A stretch of DNA of 64,000 bases from NCBI RefSeq assembly GCF_003790525.1, contig NZ_CP033635.1. The stretch is one strand, 5' to 3'. Below the pieces are notes generated by a model. The model worked only from the letters and a program-made list of their open reading frames with translations, was not told the origin of the DNA and did not search any database. The position numbers and the translations under genes were made by a program. Of the stretch, positions 30,516-41,248 are shown piece by piece; the stretch's first letter is position 1; each line of letters starts with the position of its first letter. Source of the DNA: Escherichia coli (GTDB taxonomy: Bacteria > Pseudomonadota > Gammaproteobacteria > Enterobacterales > Enterobacteriaceae).

Positions 30516-30572
30516 AGTCTTCTCCTTTGCAATGGCAGCAGGATACGAAGGCTATGTGGGAAGAATTTGAAG

Positions 30573-31997
30573 CTATGTGAAGTGACGGTGAAGTCGAAGC
30601 GAGGCCAGCACGCCACCTTCCTGCACGTTGTGCAGCGTGACTTCGCCGTTAAACAAACGGGCGACCTCACTGACGAACGCCAACCCCAGACCGCTGCTTT
30701 TTTGCCCATTTGCACGCGGCAAAGAGTAAAAGCGTTCAAAAATACGTGAAAGCGCGTAGTCAGGAATACCACTACCGGTATCCAGCACCTTAAGCGTGAC
30801 GTGTTCCTGCTCCACTTCGGCGCTTAGCGTTATACGACCGCTCTCGGGGGTAAAATCGATGGCGTTATCCAGTAAATTCCCCAGCGCCTGCTCCAGTAAC
30901 GTCGGTTCAGCAGCAACGTTAACCTCGGTGGGCATAACATGCAGAGTGATTTTTTTTTCTGCCAACTGCACGGTGCGCGCTTCGCTGACGCGGCGGAATA
31001 ATGCCGCCACATCAACAACAGTCAGAACGACTTCCTGACGATTCTCCAGTCTTGCCTGGCGTAGTAACGTTTCCACCAGTGCCTGCATACGCGCATTTTG
31101 CGTCAGAATGTTGTCAGTAAAACGAGCCACCACTTCCGGCGGCGGACCTTCGCGTAAAATTTCCGCCGCGCCACGAATCGCCGCCAGTGGGCTTTTTAGC
31201 TCATGGGTTAACGCATAAACATACTGCTCAATATAGTTTTTCCCTTCCAGCTTCACGCGCATACTTTCCAGCGCCTGCGCGAGTTTACGCAACTCGCTAC
31301 TACCGAGATCGGGGAGAGGAACGGGCTTATTGTCAGTGACGGAATCAGCATAGCGAGTGAGCCGGGCAATAGAGCGGTTGATCCACCAAACCATGCCTGC
31401 GCCAATCACCAGTGCAATCCCCAACAAAATGGCGCTGGCCCATAAAATTCGCCGCTCGCTACGCTTAATGACCGGAGCCATCGCCGCGTTCGGTTTGCCT
31501 ACGCTCAAAACGCCAATAAGCCGCGAGCCGTCCATAATCGGTGCGGCAACATACATCACAGAACTTTCGGGATCGGCAGGATTTTGCAACGTGCTGCGCG
31601 CACCATACTGACCACGCAACGTTAGCCAGACGTCATTCCAGCGCGAATAATCCTGTCCAACGGCTTTATTTGCCGAATCGAACAATACTTTGCCCTGCGC
31701 ATCGGTCATATAGACATGATATTCATTGCGCACTTTGTTAATGCCACCGATATTGGCGCGAAACGGGCGATGTTGTAGCTGATTAAACGCCTGCGCCAGT
31801 TGCCCATGCGTTGGGTCCCCAGAGAGCAAATCGGGACGCGCCAGCTCCGCCAGCAACGTTGCGGTGTCGATCAACGTCCCCTCCGTTGCTCTTCGCACGC
31901 CCGGTTTAACTTCTTTGACAAAAATGGCCAGTACGAACCAGGCTGCCACCGCCACCAGTAAAAAATAGCCCAGCAACAACCGCATGCCGATACGCAT
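30573..31997 (-). CDS. creC: Sensor histidine kinase CreC
   Basis: 474 aa; HisKA/HATPase features (HELKSPLAAIRGAAE, DTGSGIPDYA...GLGLAFV). Confidence 0.95.
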   Translation of the reverse strand: MRIGMRLLLGYFLLVAVAAWFVLAIFVKEVKPGVRRATEGTLIDTATLLAELARPDLLSGDPTHGQLAQAFNQLQHRPFRANIGGINKVRNEYHVYMTDAQGKVLFDSANKAVGQDYSRWNDVWLTLRGQYGARSTLQNPADPESSVMYVAAPIMDGSRLIGVLSVGKPNAAMAPVIKRSERRILWASAILLGIALVIGAGMVWWINRSIARLTRYADSVTDNKPVPLPDLGSSELRKLAQALESMRVKLEGKNYIEQYVYALTHELKSPLAAIRGAAEILREGPPPEVVARFTDNILTQNARMQALVETLLRQARLENRQEVVLTVVDVAALFRRVSEARTVQLAEKKITLHVMPTEVNVAAEPTLLEQALGNLLDNAIDFTPESGRITLSAEVEQEHVTLKVLDTGSGIPDYALSRIFERFYSLPRANGQKSSGLGLAFVSEVARLFNGEVTLHNVQEGGVLASLRLHRHFT

Positions 31998-32686
31998 TAC
32001 AGGCCCCTCAGGCTATATCCCATGCCGCGATGAGTATTAATCGGTGAAAGATCGGGGTTGATGGCGCGCAGCTTGGCACGCAGCGTTTTAATGTGGGTAT
32101 CGACGGTGCGATCGTAGGTGTCCTGCGCATCTTCCCACACGCTATCCATCAGTTGCTGGCGGGACCAGACGCGGCCTGGCGACTTGAGTAACGTCTTCAG
32201 CAATAAAAACTCATACCGCGTCAGCGTTAATGGCGTGTCAAACCAGCTGATCTGCGCCGCGGGTTCATTCAATTCAAAATGACCAATACGGATGACGGGA
32301 GACGGCGTCGAGAACTTCTTCACCCGACGCAGTAAGGTGCGCACCCTGGCGCACACTTCGCGGGGTGAAAACGGTTTAGCCACATAGTCGTCAGCGCCAA
32401 TTTCCAGCCCAAGCAGGCGATCGACCTCTTCACTTCGGGCCGTCAGGAACAGTACAGGTAACGCCGGATGGAGCGCCAGTAACTGGCGGCACAATTCAAA
32501 GCCGCTGATATCCGGCAGACCAACATCGAGAATCATGACGTCGGGTACCTGCTGGCGAGCTTTATCCAGCACCGGCAAGCCTCGCTCAAAGACCTCGACA
32601 GCAAAACCTTCCTGCTGCAACATGTAGACCAGCGTGTCGGCTATCCCTTGCTCATCTTCCACTAACCAGACCGTTTCCCGTCGCAT
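31997..32686 (-). CDS. creB: Response regulator CreB (OmpR family)
   Basis: 229 aa, MRRETVWLVEDEQGIADTLVYMLQQEGFAVEVF...; overlaps creC by 1 nt. Confidence 0.95.
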   Translation of the reverse strand: MRRETVWLVEDEQGIADTLVYMLQQEGFAVEVFERGLPVLDKARQQVPDVMILDVGLPDISGFELCRQLLALHPALPVLFLTARSEEVDRLLGLEIGADDYVAKPFSPREVCARVRTLLRRVKKFSTPSPVIRIGHFELNEPAAQISWFDTPLTLTRYEFLLLKTLLKSPGRVWSRQQLMDSVWEDAQDTYDRTVDTHIKTLRAKLRAINPDLSPINTHRGMGYSLRGL

Positions 32687-32698
32687 AAATCGCCTCTG

Positions 32699-33172
32699 TT
32701 ATTGCCGCCACGGCATGACAGGAACCGCGCTAATCGCGTTTTTCGGCGAACCTTCTACAACTTTGTCGGAGTAAGCCAGATAAGCGAGCGCGTTGCGTTT
32801 AGCGTCATAAAAGCGCACGACCTGTAACGACTTAAAGACCAGGGACGTACGTTTTTTGAATACTACCTCGCCCTGAGCTTTGCCGTTTTTAATACGATCC
32901 GACAGTTCAATCGGCCCGACTTGCTGACAAGAAATGGCCGCATCGGAGGTATCTTCCGCCAGACCCAATCCCCCTTTAATACCACCGGTTTTCGCCCGGC
33001 TCACATAACAGGTGACATTTTTCACATCGGGATCATCAAAGGCTTCCACAACAATTTTGTGATCCGGGCCGATCATTTTAAATACGGTGTCGACCGAACC
33101 AATCTCTTCTGCATGAGCCAATGGCCCCAGCATTATCAGGCTTAAAGACAGGATCAAATGCTTGTATTTCAT
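32699..33172 (-). CDS. creA: Periplasmic protein CreA
   Basis: 157 aa with signal peptide [21 protein letters not shown]. Confidence 0.9.
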
Positions 33173-33382
33173 ATTGTTACCATTTTTATCTATTACACGA
33201 GCAATTAGTTCGTCACGGTAAATAACATATTGATTAAGAACAAAATCTCAATACTTTTATTTCCGTCAAGTCCTAAAACATACTCTACTAAGAAAAAAAC
33301 ACTGAATGCTAAAACAGCAAAAAATGCTATTATCCAATTACCTGATGTCAGGTGCTCGTTGTTGAAAGGATGAGGATATTTT

Positions 33383-34252
33383 ATGGATCAGGCCGGCATT
33401 ATTCGCGACCTTTTAATCTGGCTGGAAGGTCATCTGGATCAGCCCCTGTCGCTCGACAATGTAGCGGCGAAAGCAGGTTATTCCAAGTGGCACTTACAGA
33501 GAATGTTTAAAGATGTCACTGGCCATGCTATTGGCGCGTATATTCGTGCTCGTCGTTTGTCGAAATCGGCGGTCGCACTACGCCTGACTGCGCGTCCGAT
33601 TCTGGACATCGCGCTGCAATACCGCTTCGACTCTCAACAGACATTTACCCGCGCATTCAAGAAGCAGTTTGCCCAGACTCCTGCACTTTACCGCCGTTCT
33701 CCTGAATGGAGCGCCTTTGGTATTCGCCCGCCGCTACGTCTGGGTGAATTCACTATGCCAGAGCACAAATTTGTCACCCTGGAAGATACGCCGCTGATTG
33801 GTGTAACCCAAAGCTACTCCTGTTCGCTGGAGCAAATCTCTGATTTCCGCCATGAAATGCGTTATCAGTTCTGGCACGATTTTCTCGGCAACGCGCCGAC
33901 CATTCCACCTGTGCTCTACGGCCTGAATGAAACGCGTCCGAGCCAGGATAAAGACGACGAGCAAGAAGTGTTCTATACCACCGCATTAGCCCAGGATCAG
34001 GCAGATGGCTATGTATTGACCGGGCATCCTGTGATGCTGCAAGGCGGTGAATATGTGATGTTTACCTATGAAGGTCTGGGAACCGGCGTGCAGGAGTTTA
34101 TCCTGACGGTATACGGAACGTGCATGCCAATGCTCAACCTGACGCGCCGTAAAGGTCAGGATATTGAGCGATACTACCCGGCAGAAGATGCCAAAGCGGG
34201 AGATCGCCCAATTAATCTGCGCTGTGAACTGCTGATTCCGATCCGTCGTTAA
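33383..34252 (+). CDS. rob: AraC/XylS-family regulator Rob (right origin-binding protein)
   Basis: 289 aa, MDQAGIIRDLLIWLEGHLDQPLSLDNVAAKAGYSKWHLQRMFKDVTGHAIGAYIRARRL... Confidence 0.95.
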   Translation: MDQAGIIRDLLIWLEGHLDQPLSLDNVAAKAGYSKWHLQRMFKDVTGHAIGAYIRARRLSKSAVALRLTARPILDIALQYRFDSQQTFTRAFKKQFAQTPALYRRSPEWSAFGIRPPLRLGEFTMPEHKFVTLEDTPLIGVTQSYSCSLEQISDFRHEMRYQFWHDFLGNAPTIPPVLYGLNETRPSQDKDDEQEVFYTTALAQDQADGYVLTGHPVMLQGGEYVMFTYEGLGTGVQEFILTVYGTCMPMLNLTRRKGQDIERYYPAEDAKAGDRPINLRCELLIPIRR

Positions 34253-34896
34253 CGCTGCAGCTCATCTAATGCAGGGGCGTCCAGATGCGAGATGTCCCCT
34301 GCGGTTTCAACGACCCAGCCAGACGCCAGCCACAGGCTTTCCTGATAATCCACGCGCGAAATAGAACAGTTACGCAGACGTAAGCGACGCTCTGCCCATG
34401 CTGGTAATCCGAGAATCGTACTCACCAGGCATCCCAGTGCAATACCGTGGCTCACCAGCAGCGGTCGGCTTCCCTGCGGTAAGTCCCGGCAAGATTCCAG
34501 TGCCGCATTGACGCGATCGCTGAGCTCCTGCATTGACTCTCCTTCAGGAATACGCCCGTCAACGGTGCCATTGACCAGCTGCCGACGCCAGTTCTCTTCT
34601 TCTTCGGTCAGAGAATCGATATGTCTTTTTTCCAGCACCCCCATGTTTAATTCACGCAGGCGAGAATCAAAGATGATGTCACAGCCGCAGGCCTGGGCGA
34701 TGATTTCCGCCGTACGCCGGGTGCGTCCTAAATCGCTACTGATGATATGCGTAATGCCAAGCTCTTTGGCACGGGTTGCCACCTGCATCGCCTGTTGCTC
34801 ACCTTTGGCGGTCAGCGGGCTGTCAGACTGGCCCTGAATACGTCGCTCGGCGTTCCACTGCGTTTCACCGTGGCGGACTAGGTATACCTGTAACAT
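34249..34896 (-). CDS. gpmB: Phosphoglycerate mutase family protein GpmB (YtjC)
   Basis: 215 aa, MLQVYLVRHGETQWNAERRIQGQSDSPLTAKGEQQA...; His-phosphatase RHGE motif. Confidence 0.93.
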   Translation of the reverse strand: MLQVYLVRHGETQWNAERRIQGQSDSPLTAKGEQQAMQVATRAKELGITHIISSDLGRTRRTAEIIAQACGCDIIFDSRLRELNMGVLEKRHIDSLTEEEENWRRQLVNGTVDGRIPEGESMQELSDRVNAALESCRDLPQGSRPLLVSHGIALGCLVSTILGLPAWAERRLRLRNCSISRVDYQESLWLASGWVVETAGDISHLDAPALDELQR

Positions 34897-34935
34897 GCTT
34901 TTTTTCCGTATACTGCTGTAACGTTAATTTTCTGA

Positions 34936-35798
<863 letters not shown>

Positions 35799-35830
35799 TT
35801 AGCGGGAGAAGCAAAATGCCTCCCCCGGTT

Positions 35831-35848
35831 GTACTCGCTAAAGAGTAC
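35831..35848. promoter_or_regulatory. trpR operator (TrpR autoregulation site)
   Basis: Palindrome GTACTCGCTAAAGAGTAC about 50 bp upstream of the trpR start. Confidence 0.55.
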
Positions 35849-35872
35849 GATAGCATATCATAAACGTGTGGA

Positions 35873-37810
35873 TCAGTAACGACGTCCCCATTCCGTGGCG
35901 CTCATCAACGTCGGTTTATCCCCCATGAAATAGCGGTAGTAAGCGTCATAAGCCAGCACGTTTTTCACATAACCGCGCGTCTCGGAGAATGGAATACTCT
36001 CGACAAATGCCACTGCGTCGATACGCCCTGCGCTGTTGCCAAGCCAGGTTCGCACCCGCCCTGGTCCGGCGTTATAAGCTGCTGAGGAGAAAATACGGTT
36101 ATTGCCAAACTGCTGATAAACATATTGCAGGTAACTGGTGCCAATGTTGATGTTTGTTTCCGGATCCAGCAATTGCCCAGGGCTGCTATAACCGGGAATA
36201 GAGAACATCTTCACCGTATGGGTCGCTGTACCCGGCATAATCTGCATCAGGCCGCTGGCTCCTACCGGCGATTTCACTTTCGGATTCCAGGCACTCTCCT
36301 GACGGGCAATCGCCATCGCATAGCTTTGCGGGATCTCCTTCCCACTGGTGTAACGTTTGAAAAGATCGTTGTAAGCCAGCGGGAATCTCTCTTCCAGATG
36401 ATCCCACAGCTTCCCGGCGATCGTTGCCTGAACGCTGAGATCCCACCATTGGTTATTGAAAGCATACCGCGCCAGTTGCGCCTGCTCTGTTTTTGACTTG
36501 CTCTTCACCAGATTGGCCCACTCGCTACGCGCGGTGTTATCGAGATTCCAGTACATCAACTCGCGCACGCGCGCCATCTCCGGCCCCTGAGTCAGGGCGC
36601 TGTCAACATTCTGCGGCGCTTTATCAATCTTCAGCTCATACTCTTCGCCGATGCGTTGTGCAGCAACCATCGGGTAGAAACCACGCTGTTGCATGAGTTG
36701 ATGCAAAATCTCTTTTGCTTCAGCTTCACGTCCGCGTTCAAGCAGTAAATCCGCCTGCCAGTAACGCCATTCATCTTTCTCTTTCGCCTCCATCGGCAGA
36801 CGCGCCAGCCAGGTATTCAGGCCGCGACGATCGCCGGTGCCAAGCGCCATTCGCACACGGCGTTCAATAAGCGAAGTAGATTGCGAACGCATAATGGCGT
36901 CATCACGCCATTTCGCCTGTTCGTCGGTGACATCGTTGCCCATCAAACGCCAGGCGACGATATCGCGCAGTTCCTGAATCTGATCTTCATTAAGCTGCTG
37001 TGCCTGAGCAAGCGATGGAATCATCAGCCGTGCATTTTCAGCATCCTGCCGCGCCACGCTGGCAAACGCCACCGCCGCCATTTGACGGGTAAAATCGGTC
37101 GCGCCGGTTGTACGCGCGAAGGTCAGTACCGTATTAGGGTTGTTCGCCAGTGAAATGATTGCCGAAGCGATAGTCTGGTAATCGGCAGGCATCTGCCCTG
37201 CCAGCACTGTTACCAGGCCGGTGTTACCCGCTTTCATCGCCAGACGGATACGCTCTAAATACGCCAGCGGATCTTGTTTACCTGACGCACGCCAGACGCT
37301 AAATAACTTGTCACAGGCGTTAGGCTGGCTCTTGCCGGTTAGCCACAGCTCTTTCGCCCCTTGCCAGGCTTCTTCACTCTGCCCGGTGTTCCATTTCGCA
37401 TAGTAGTAATTACATTGCGCTTCGGTAGTTCCGGGTTTTTCCGGGCTAAAGGCTAACAAGCCACGCCAGTCTTCACGCCGCGCCAGTTCATTGACGAAAC
37501 GAGATTGCAGCGTGCGAGCGGGAGGAAGCGTGGGGTTAGCGCGAACAAAGTTAGTGACCGTCACCGCCGGTTGATTCATCAGGTCATCGGTGATCTGGCG
37601 GTATTCCAGATAGGGATAAAGTGGATAATCCTTCAATCCAGGCATCATTTGTTCGACCACATCCATTTGTCGATTATCCCAGGCCTGCTTAATTTGCGCG
37701 TAACGGCTACGCTGCTCATCCAGTGAGTCGGCTCGCGCCACGCTGCTGACCGTCAGCAGACAGACACCGACAGCCAACAGCCGCCAGGTAACGTGTTTGG
37801 CTTTTTCCAC
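35873..37810 (-). CDS. slt: Soluble lytic murein transglycosylase Slt70
   Basis: 645 aa with signal peptide; translation MEKAKHVTWRLLAVGVCLLTVSSVARADSLDEQRSRYAQIKQAWDNRQMD... Confidence 0.95.
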   Translation of the reverse strand: MEKAKHVTWRLLAVGVCLLTVSSVARADSLDEQRSRYAQIKQAWDNRQMDVVEQMMPGLKDYPLYPYLEYRQITDDLMNQPAVTVTNFVRANPTLPPARTLQSRFVNELARREDWRGLLAFSPEKPGTTEAQCNYYYAKWNTGQSEEAWQGAKELWLTGKSQPNACDKLFSVWRASGKQDPLAYLERIRLAMKAGNTGLVTVLAGQMPADYQTIASAIISLANNPNTVLTFARTTGATDFTRQMAAVAFASVARQDAENARLMIPSLAQAQQLNEDQIQELRDIVAWRLMGNDVTDEQAKWRDDAIMRSQSTSLIERRVRMALGTGDRRGLNTWLARLPMEAKEKDEWRYWQADLLLERGREAEAKEILHQLMQQRGFYPMVAAQRIGEEYELKIDKAPQNVDSALTQGPEMARVRELMYWNLDNTARSEWANLVKSKSKTEQAQLARYAFNNQWWDLSVQATIAGKLWDHLEERFPLAYNDLFKRYTSGKEIPQSYAMAIARQESAWNPKVKSPVGASGLMQIMPGTATHTVKMFSIPGYSSPGQLLDPETNINIGTSYLQYVYQQFGNNRIFSSAAYNAGPGRVRTWLGNSAGRIDAVAFVESIPFSETRGYVKNVLAYDAYYRYFMGDKPTLMSATEWGRRY

Positions 37811-38020
37811 AAGCGCATCCTCTAAGTGTCAATACATCAATGCAGCGTCATGCCGCGTAATAGATTTATGCTAACCAGTCATTGCCGTTTACGCCACGTT
37901 ACGGACACTTTTTTACTTTTACTGCGAGGGTGATCGACCGGCTGGGATTAGATAAGGAAAAAGGCTACACTTCGCCTTTGAAAACTCATCATCACGATAA
38001 ACATAGAGGCGAAGTCCAAC

Positions 38021-39688
38021 GTGGCTCAATTCGTTTATACCATGCATCGTGTCGGCAAAGTTGTTCCGCCGAAACGTCATATTTTGAAAAACATCTCTCT
38101 GAGTTTCTTCCCTGGGGCAAAAATTGGTGTCCTGGGTCTGAACGGCGCGGGTAAGTCTACCCTGCTGCGCATTATGGCGGGCATTGATAAAGATATCGAA
38201 GGTGAAGCGCGTCCGCAGCCAGACATCAAGATTGGTTACCTGCCGCAGGAACCTCAGCTGAACCCGGAACACACCGTGCGTGAGTCCATTGAAGAAGCGG
38301 TTTCTGAAGTGGTTAACGCTCTGAAACGTCTGGATGAAGTGTATGCGCTGTACGCCGATCCGGATGCCGATTTTGACAAGCTGGCCGCTGAACAAGGCCG
38401 TCTGGAAGAGATCATTCAGGCTCATGACGGTCATAACCTGAACGTTCAGCTGGAGCGTGCGGCTGATGCGCTGCGTCTGCCGGACTGGGACGCGAAAATC
38501 GCTAACCTTTCCGGTGGTGAGCGTCGTCGCGTGGCGTTGTGCCGCCTGCTGTTGGAAAAACCAGACATGCTGCTGCTCGACGAACCGACCAACCACCTGG
38601 ATGCCGAATCCGTGGCCTGGCTGGAACGCTTCCTGCACGACTTCGAGGGTACCGTGGTGGCGATTACCCACGACCGTTACTTCCTCGATAACGTTGCAGG
38701 CTGGATCCTCGAACTTGACCGCGGTGAAGGTATTCCGTGGGAAGGCAACTACTCCTCCTGGCTGGAGCAGAAAGATCAGCGCCTGGCGCAGGAAGCTTCA
38801 CAAGAAGCGGCGCGTCGTAAGTCGATTGAGAAAGAGCTGGAGTGGGTACGTCAGGGAACTAAAGGCCGCCAGTCGAAAGGTAAAGCCCGTCTGGCGCGCT
38901 TTGAAGAGCTGAACAGCACCGAATATCAGAAACGTAACGAAACCAACGAACTGTTTATTCCACCTGGACCACGTCTGGGCGACAAAGTGCTGGAAGTCAG
39001 CAATCTGCGTAAATCCTATGGCGATCGTCTGCTGATTGACTCCCTGAGTTTCTCGATCCCGAAAGGGGCGATCGTCGGGATCATCGGTCCGAACGGTGCG
39101 GGTAAATCGACCCTGTTCCGTATGATCTCCGGTCAGGAACAGCCGGACAGCGGCACCATCACTTTGGGTGAAACGGTGAAACTGGCATCGGTTGATCAGT
39201 TCCGTGACTCAATGGATAACAGCAAAACCGTTTGGGAAGAAGTTTCCGGCGGGCTGGATATCATGAAGATCGGCAACACCGAGATGCCAAGCCGCGCCTA
39301 CGTTGGCCGCTTTAACTTTAAAGGGGTTGATCAGGGTAAACGCGTTGGCGAACTTTCCGGTGGTGAGCGTGGTCGTCTGCATCTGGCGAAGCTGCTGCAG
39401 GTTGGCGGCAACATGCTGCTGCTCGACGAACCGACCAACGACCTGGATATCGAAACCCTGCGCGCGCTGGAAAACGCCCTGCTGGAGTTCCCGGGCTGCG
39501 CGATGGTTATCTCGCACGACCGTTGGTTCCTCGACCGTATCGCCACACACATTCTGGATTACCAGGATGAAGGTAAAGTTGAGTTCTTTGAAGGTAACTT
39601 TACCGAGTACGAAGAGTACAAGAAACGCACGCTGGGCGCAGACGCGCTGGAGCCGAAGCGTATCAAGTACAAGCGTATTGCGAAGTAA
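38021..39688 (+). CDS. ettA: ABC-F energy-dependent translational throttle protein EttA (YjjK)
   Basis: 555 aa with two ABC cassettes (GLNGAGKST / GPNGAGKST Walker A, LSGGERRR / LSGGERGR signatures). Confidence 0.96.
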   Translation: MAQFVYTMHRVGKVVPPKRHILKNISLSFFPGAKIGVLGLNGAGKSTLLRIMAGIDKDIEGEARPQPDIKIGYLPQEPQLNPEHTVRESIEEAVSEVVNALKRLDEVYALYADPDADFDKLAAEQGRLEEIIQAHDGHNLNVQLERAADALRLPDWDAKIANLSGGERRRVALCRLLLEKPDMLLLDEPTNHLDAESVAWLERFLHDFEGTVVAITHDRYFLDNVAGWILELDRGEGIPWEGNYSSWLEQKDQRLAQEASQEAARRKSIEKELEWVRQGTKGRQSKGKARLARFEELNSTEYQKRNETNELFIPPGPRLGDKVLEVSNLRKSYGDRLLIDSLSFSIPKGAIVGIIGPNGAGKSTLFRMISGQEQPDSGTITLGETVKLASVDQFRDSMDNSKTVWEEVSGGLDIMKIGNTEMPSRAYVGRFNFKGVDQGKRVGELSGGERGRLHLAKLLQVGGNMLLLDEPTNDLDIETLRALENALLEFPGCAMVISHDRWFLDRIATHILDYQDEGKVEFFEGNFTEYEEYKKRTLGADALEPKRIKYKRIAK

Positions 39689-39696
39689 TGCGTAAA

Positions 39697-39850
39697 ATGC
39701 CGGGTGCGGCGTGAACGCCTTATCCGGCCTACAAACCAAGAAATTTCAATACGTTGTGAATCTCCAGGCCTGATAAGACGCGGTAAGCGTCGCATCAGGC
39801 ATTGAGCACCGAATGCGGGATGCGGCGTGAACACCTTTTCCGGTCTACAA
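39697..39850. repeat. REP/BIME cluster (three REP-like palindromic units)
   Basis: Units of the form gccggatgcggcgtgaacgccttatccggcctaca in alternating orientation after the ettA stop. Confidence 0.7.
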
Positions 39851-39995
39851 CAGCCTTAGCATCCTCAATTTCGTGGCGGGTCACCCGTGCAGGTTTTTTC
39901 AAACCTTGTTTAATCTCGACAGCCTCTTCCAGAGAGGTTTTCAACTCATCAAAAAAACTCATTTTATACCTCGCCTTTGAGCAGTTTCGTCACGG

Positions 39996-41228
39996 TTATC
40001 CTTGCTCCCCCATCATCTCCCGCACCAGCTCCACGCAGCGCAGGAAACGGCTGTCGTAATCGTCCTCTTCAACCCGCACGAATTCGATATTGTTCTCTTC
40101 CAGCATCTCCACCAGCAAGTTCTGGAACTCTTTGCGATCCACCGAACTGCCGAGGCTGCGTAAACCATCCGCCACCCACGGCGTGTTGTTCTCCAGCAGG
40201 ATCACCAGATCGAAACGGTATTCATCAATCAGCGCCTGCACGAACGGATGCTCACGCCCTTCGTACTTTTTGCAGAACGCCTGGGTAGTGACAAAATCGG
40301 TGTCAATAAACGCCACTTTATTGGCGTATTTCACTGCAAAATCAATGTATTGTGCGTGGCCCAACGCGATTTTATCGTAGTCGGAATACTGCAATGCGAT
40401 CTCATCACCGCCGAGGTGTGAAAAGACATAATCGCGGCCATATTCCCACGCACTGGTGGTGTTGAAGATATTGGCAAGTTTGTTTACCAGGGTGGATTTA
40501 CCGCTCGACTCGCCGCCAAGGATCGCCACGGTACGCACAAAGAATGGCTTCACTTCCGTAGGAATATATTCCCAGTAGCGGAACGGGTTTTCGCGGATCT
40601 GCGCACCGCTGATACTCATAAAGGTGCGTTTCGGATCGACCAGCACCGTTTCGATCCCCAGATGTTCCATATACTGTGGCGCATCGGCTTCTTCCGAGGT
40701 GTAGATCAGGTCCGGCTGGATCCCCTTTTCAGCCATAAACTTTTTGATGCCGTTGCTCCACACATCCCAGCCGTGTGGATACGGCTCCATGCCCTCTTCG
40801 TTGAAGGCATGAATGCGAATATTTTTCTGATATTTAAAGGTTTGTAATAACCAGCGCAAACGATCCGGCACCGTGGGCTGCTGCGACATGGCACTGTCTT
40901 CAAACAACGCACGGTCACGGGTATCGTCAAAGCCCATAATGATATGCAGTTCGTCAACCTGGCTACAGGCGCGCTGGATAAGGTAGATATGTCCGGTATG
41001 CAACGGGTAGAACTTACCGAATACCACGCCAATGGTTTTCTTTTGGCGGGGAAACTCAAGCCCCAAAAAACGGTGCAACGCCTCCAGTTTTTGCGCGCTG
41101 GGGCTTTTAATTTTGGCATTCAGTAACTGGCTTAAATACCCTTTGGTCATACCGCTGGCATCAGCCACCTGCTGTAGCGTACAGCCCTGTTGCTTAATGG
41201 CAGTTTTCAGGTAATCAAATGACGACAT
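39996..41228 (-). CDS. nadR: NAD biosynthesis regulator / NMN adenylyltransferase / ribosylnicotinamide kinase NadR
   Basis: Translation from MSSFDYLKTAIKQQGCTLQQVADASGMTKGYLSQLLNAKIKSPSAQKLEALHRFLGLEF...; 410 aa. Confidence 0.93.
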   Translation of the reverse strand: MSSFDYLKTAIKQQGCTLQQVADASGMTKGYLSQLLNAKIKSPSAQKLEALHRFLGLEFPRQKKTIGVVFGKFYPLHTGHIYLIQRACSQVDELHIIMGFDDTRDRALFEDSAMSQQPTVPDRLRWLLQTFKYQKNIRIHAFNEEGMEPYPHGWDVWSNGIKKFMAEKGIQPDLIYTSEEADAPQYMEHLGIETVLVDPKRTFMSISGAQIRENPFRYWEYIPTEVKPFFVRTVAILGGESSGKSTLVNKLANIFNTTSAWEYGRDYVFSHLGGDEIALQYSDYDKIALGHAQYIDFAVKYANKVAFIDTDFVTTQAFCKKYEGREHPFVQALIDEYRFDLVILLENNTPWVADGLRSLGSSVDRKEFQNLLVEMLEENNIEFVRVEEDDYDSRFLRCVELVREMMGEQG

Positions 41229-41248
41229 ATCTCCCTCCGTATCTCTCA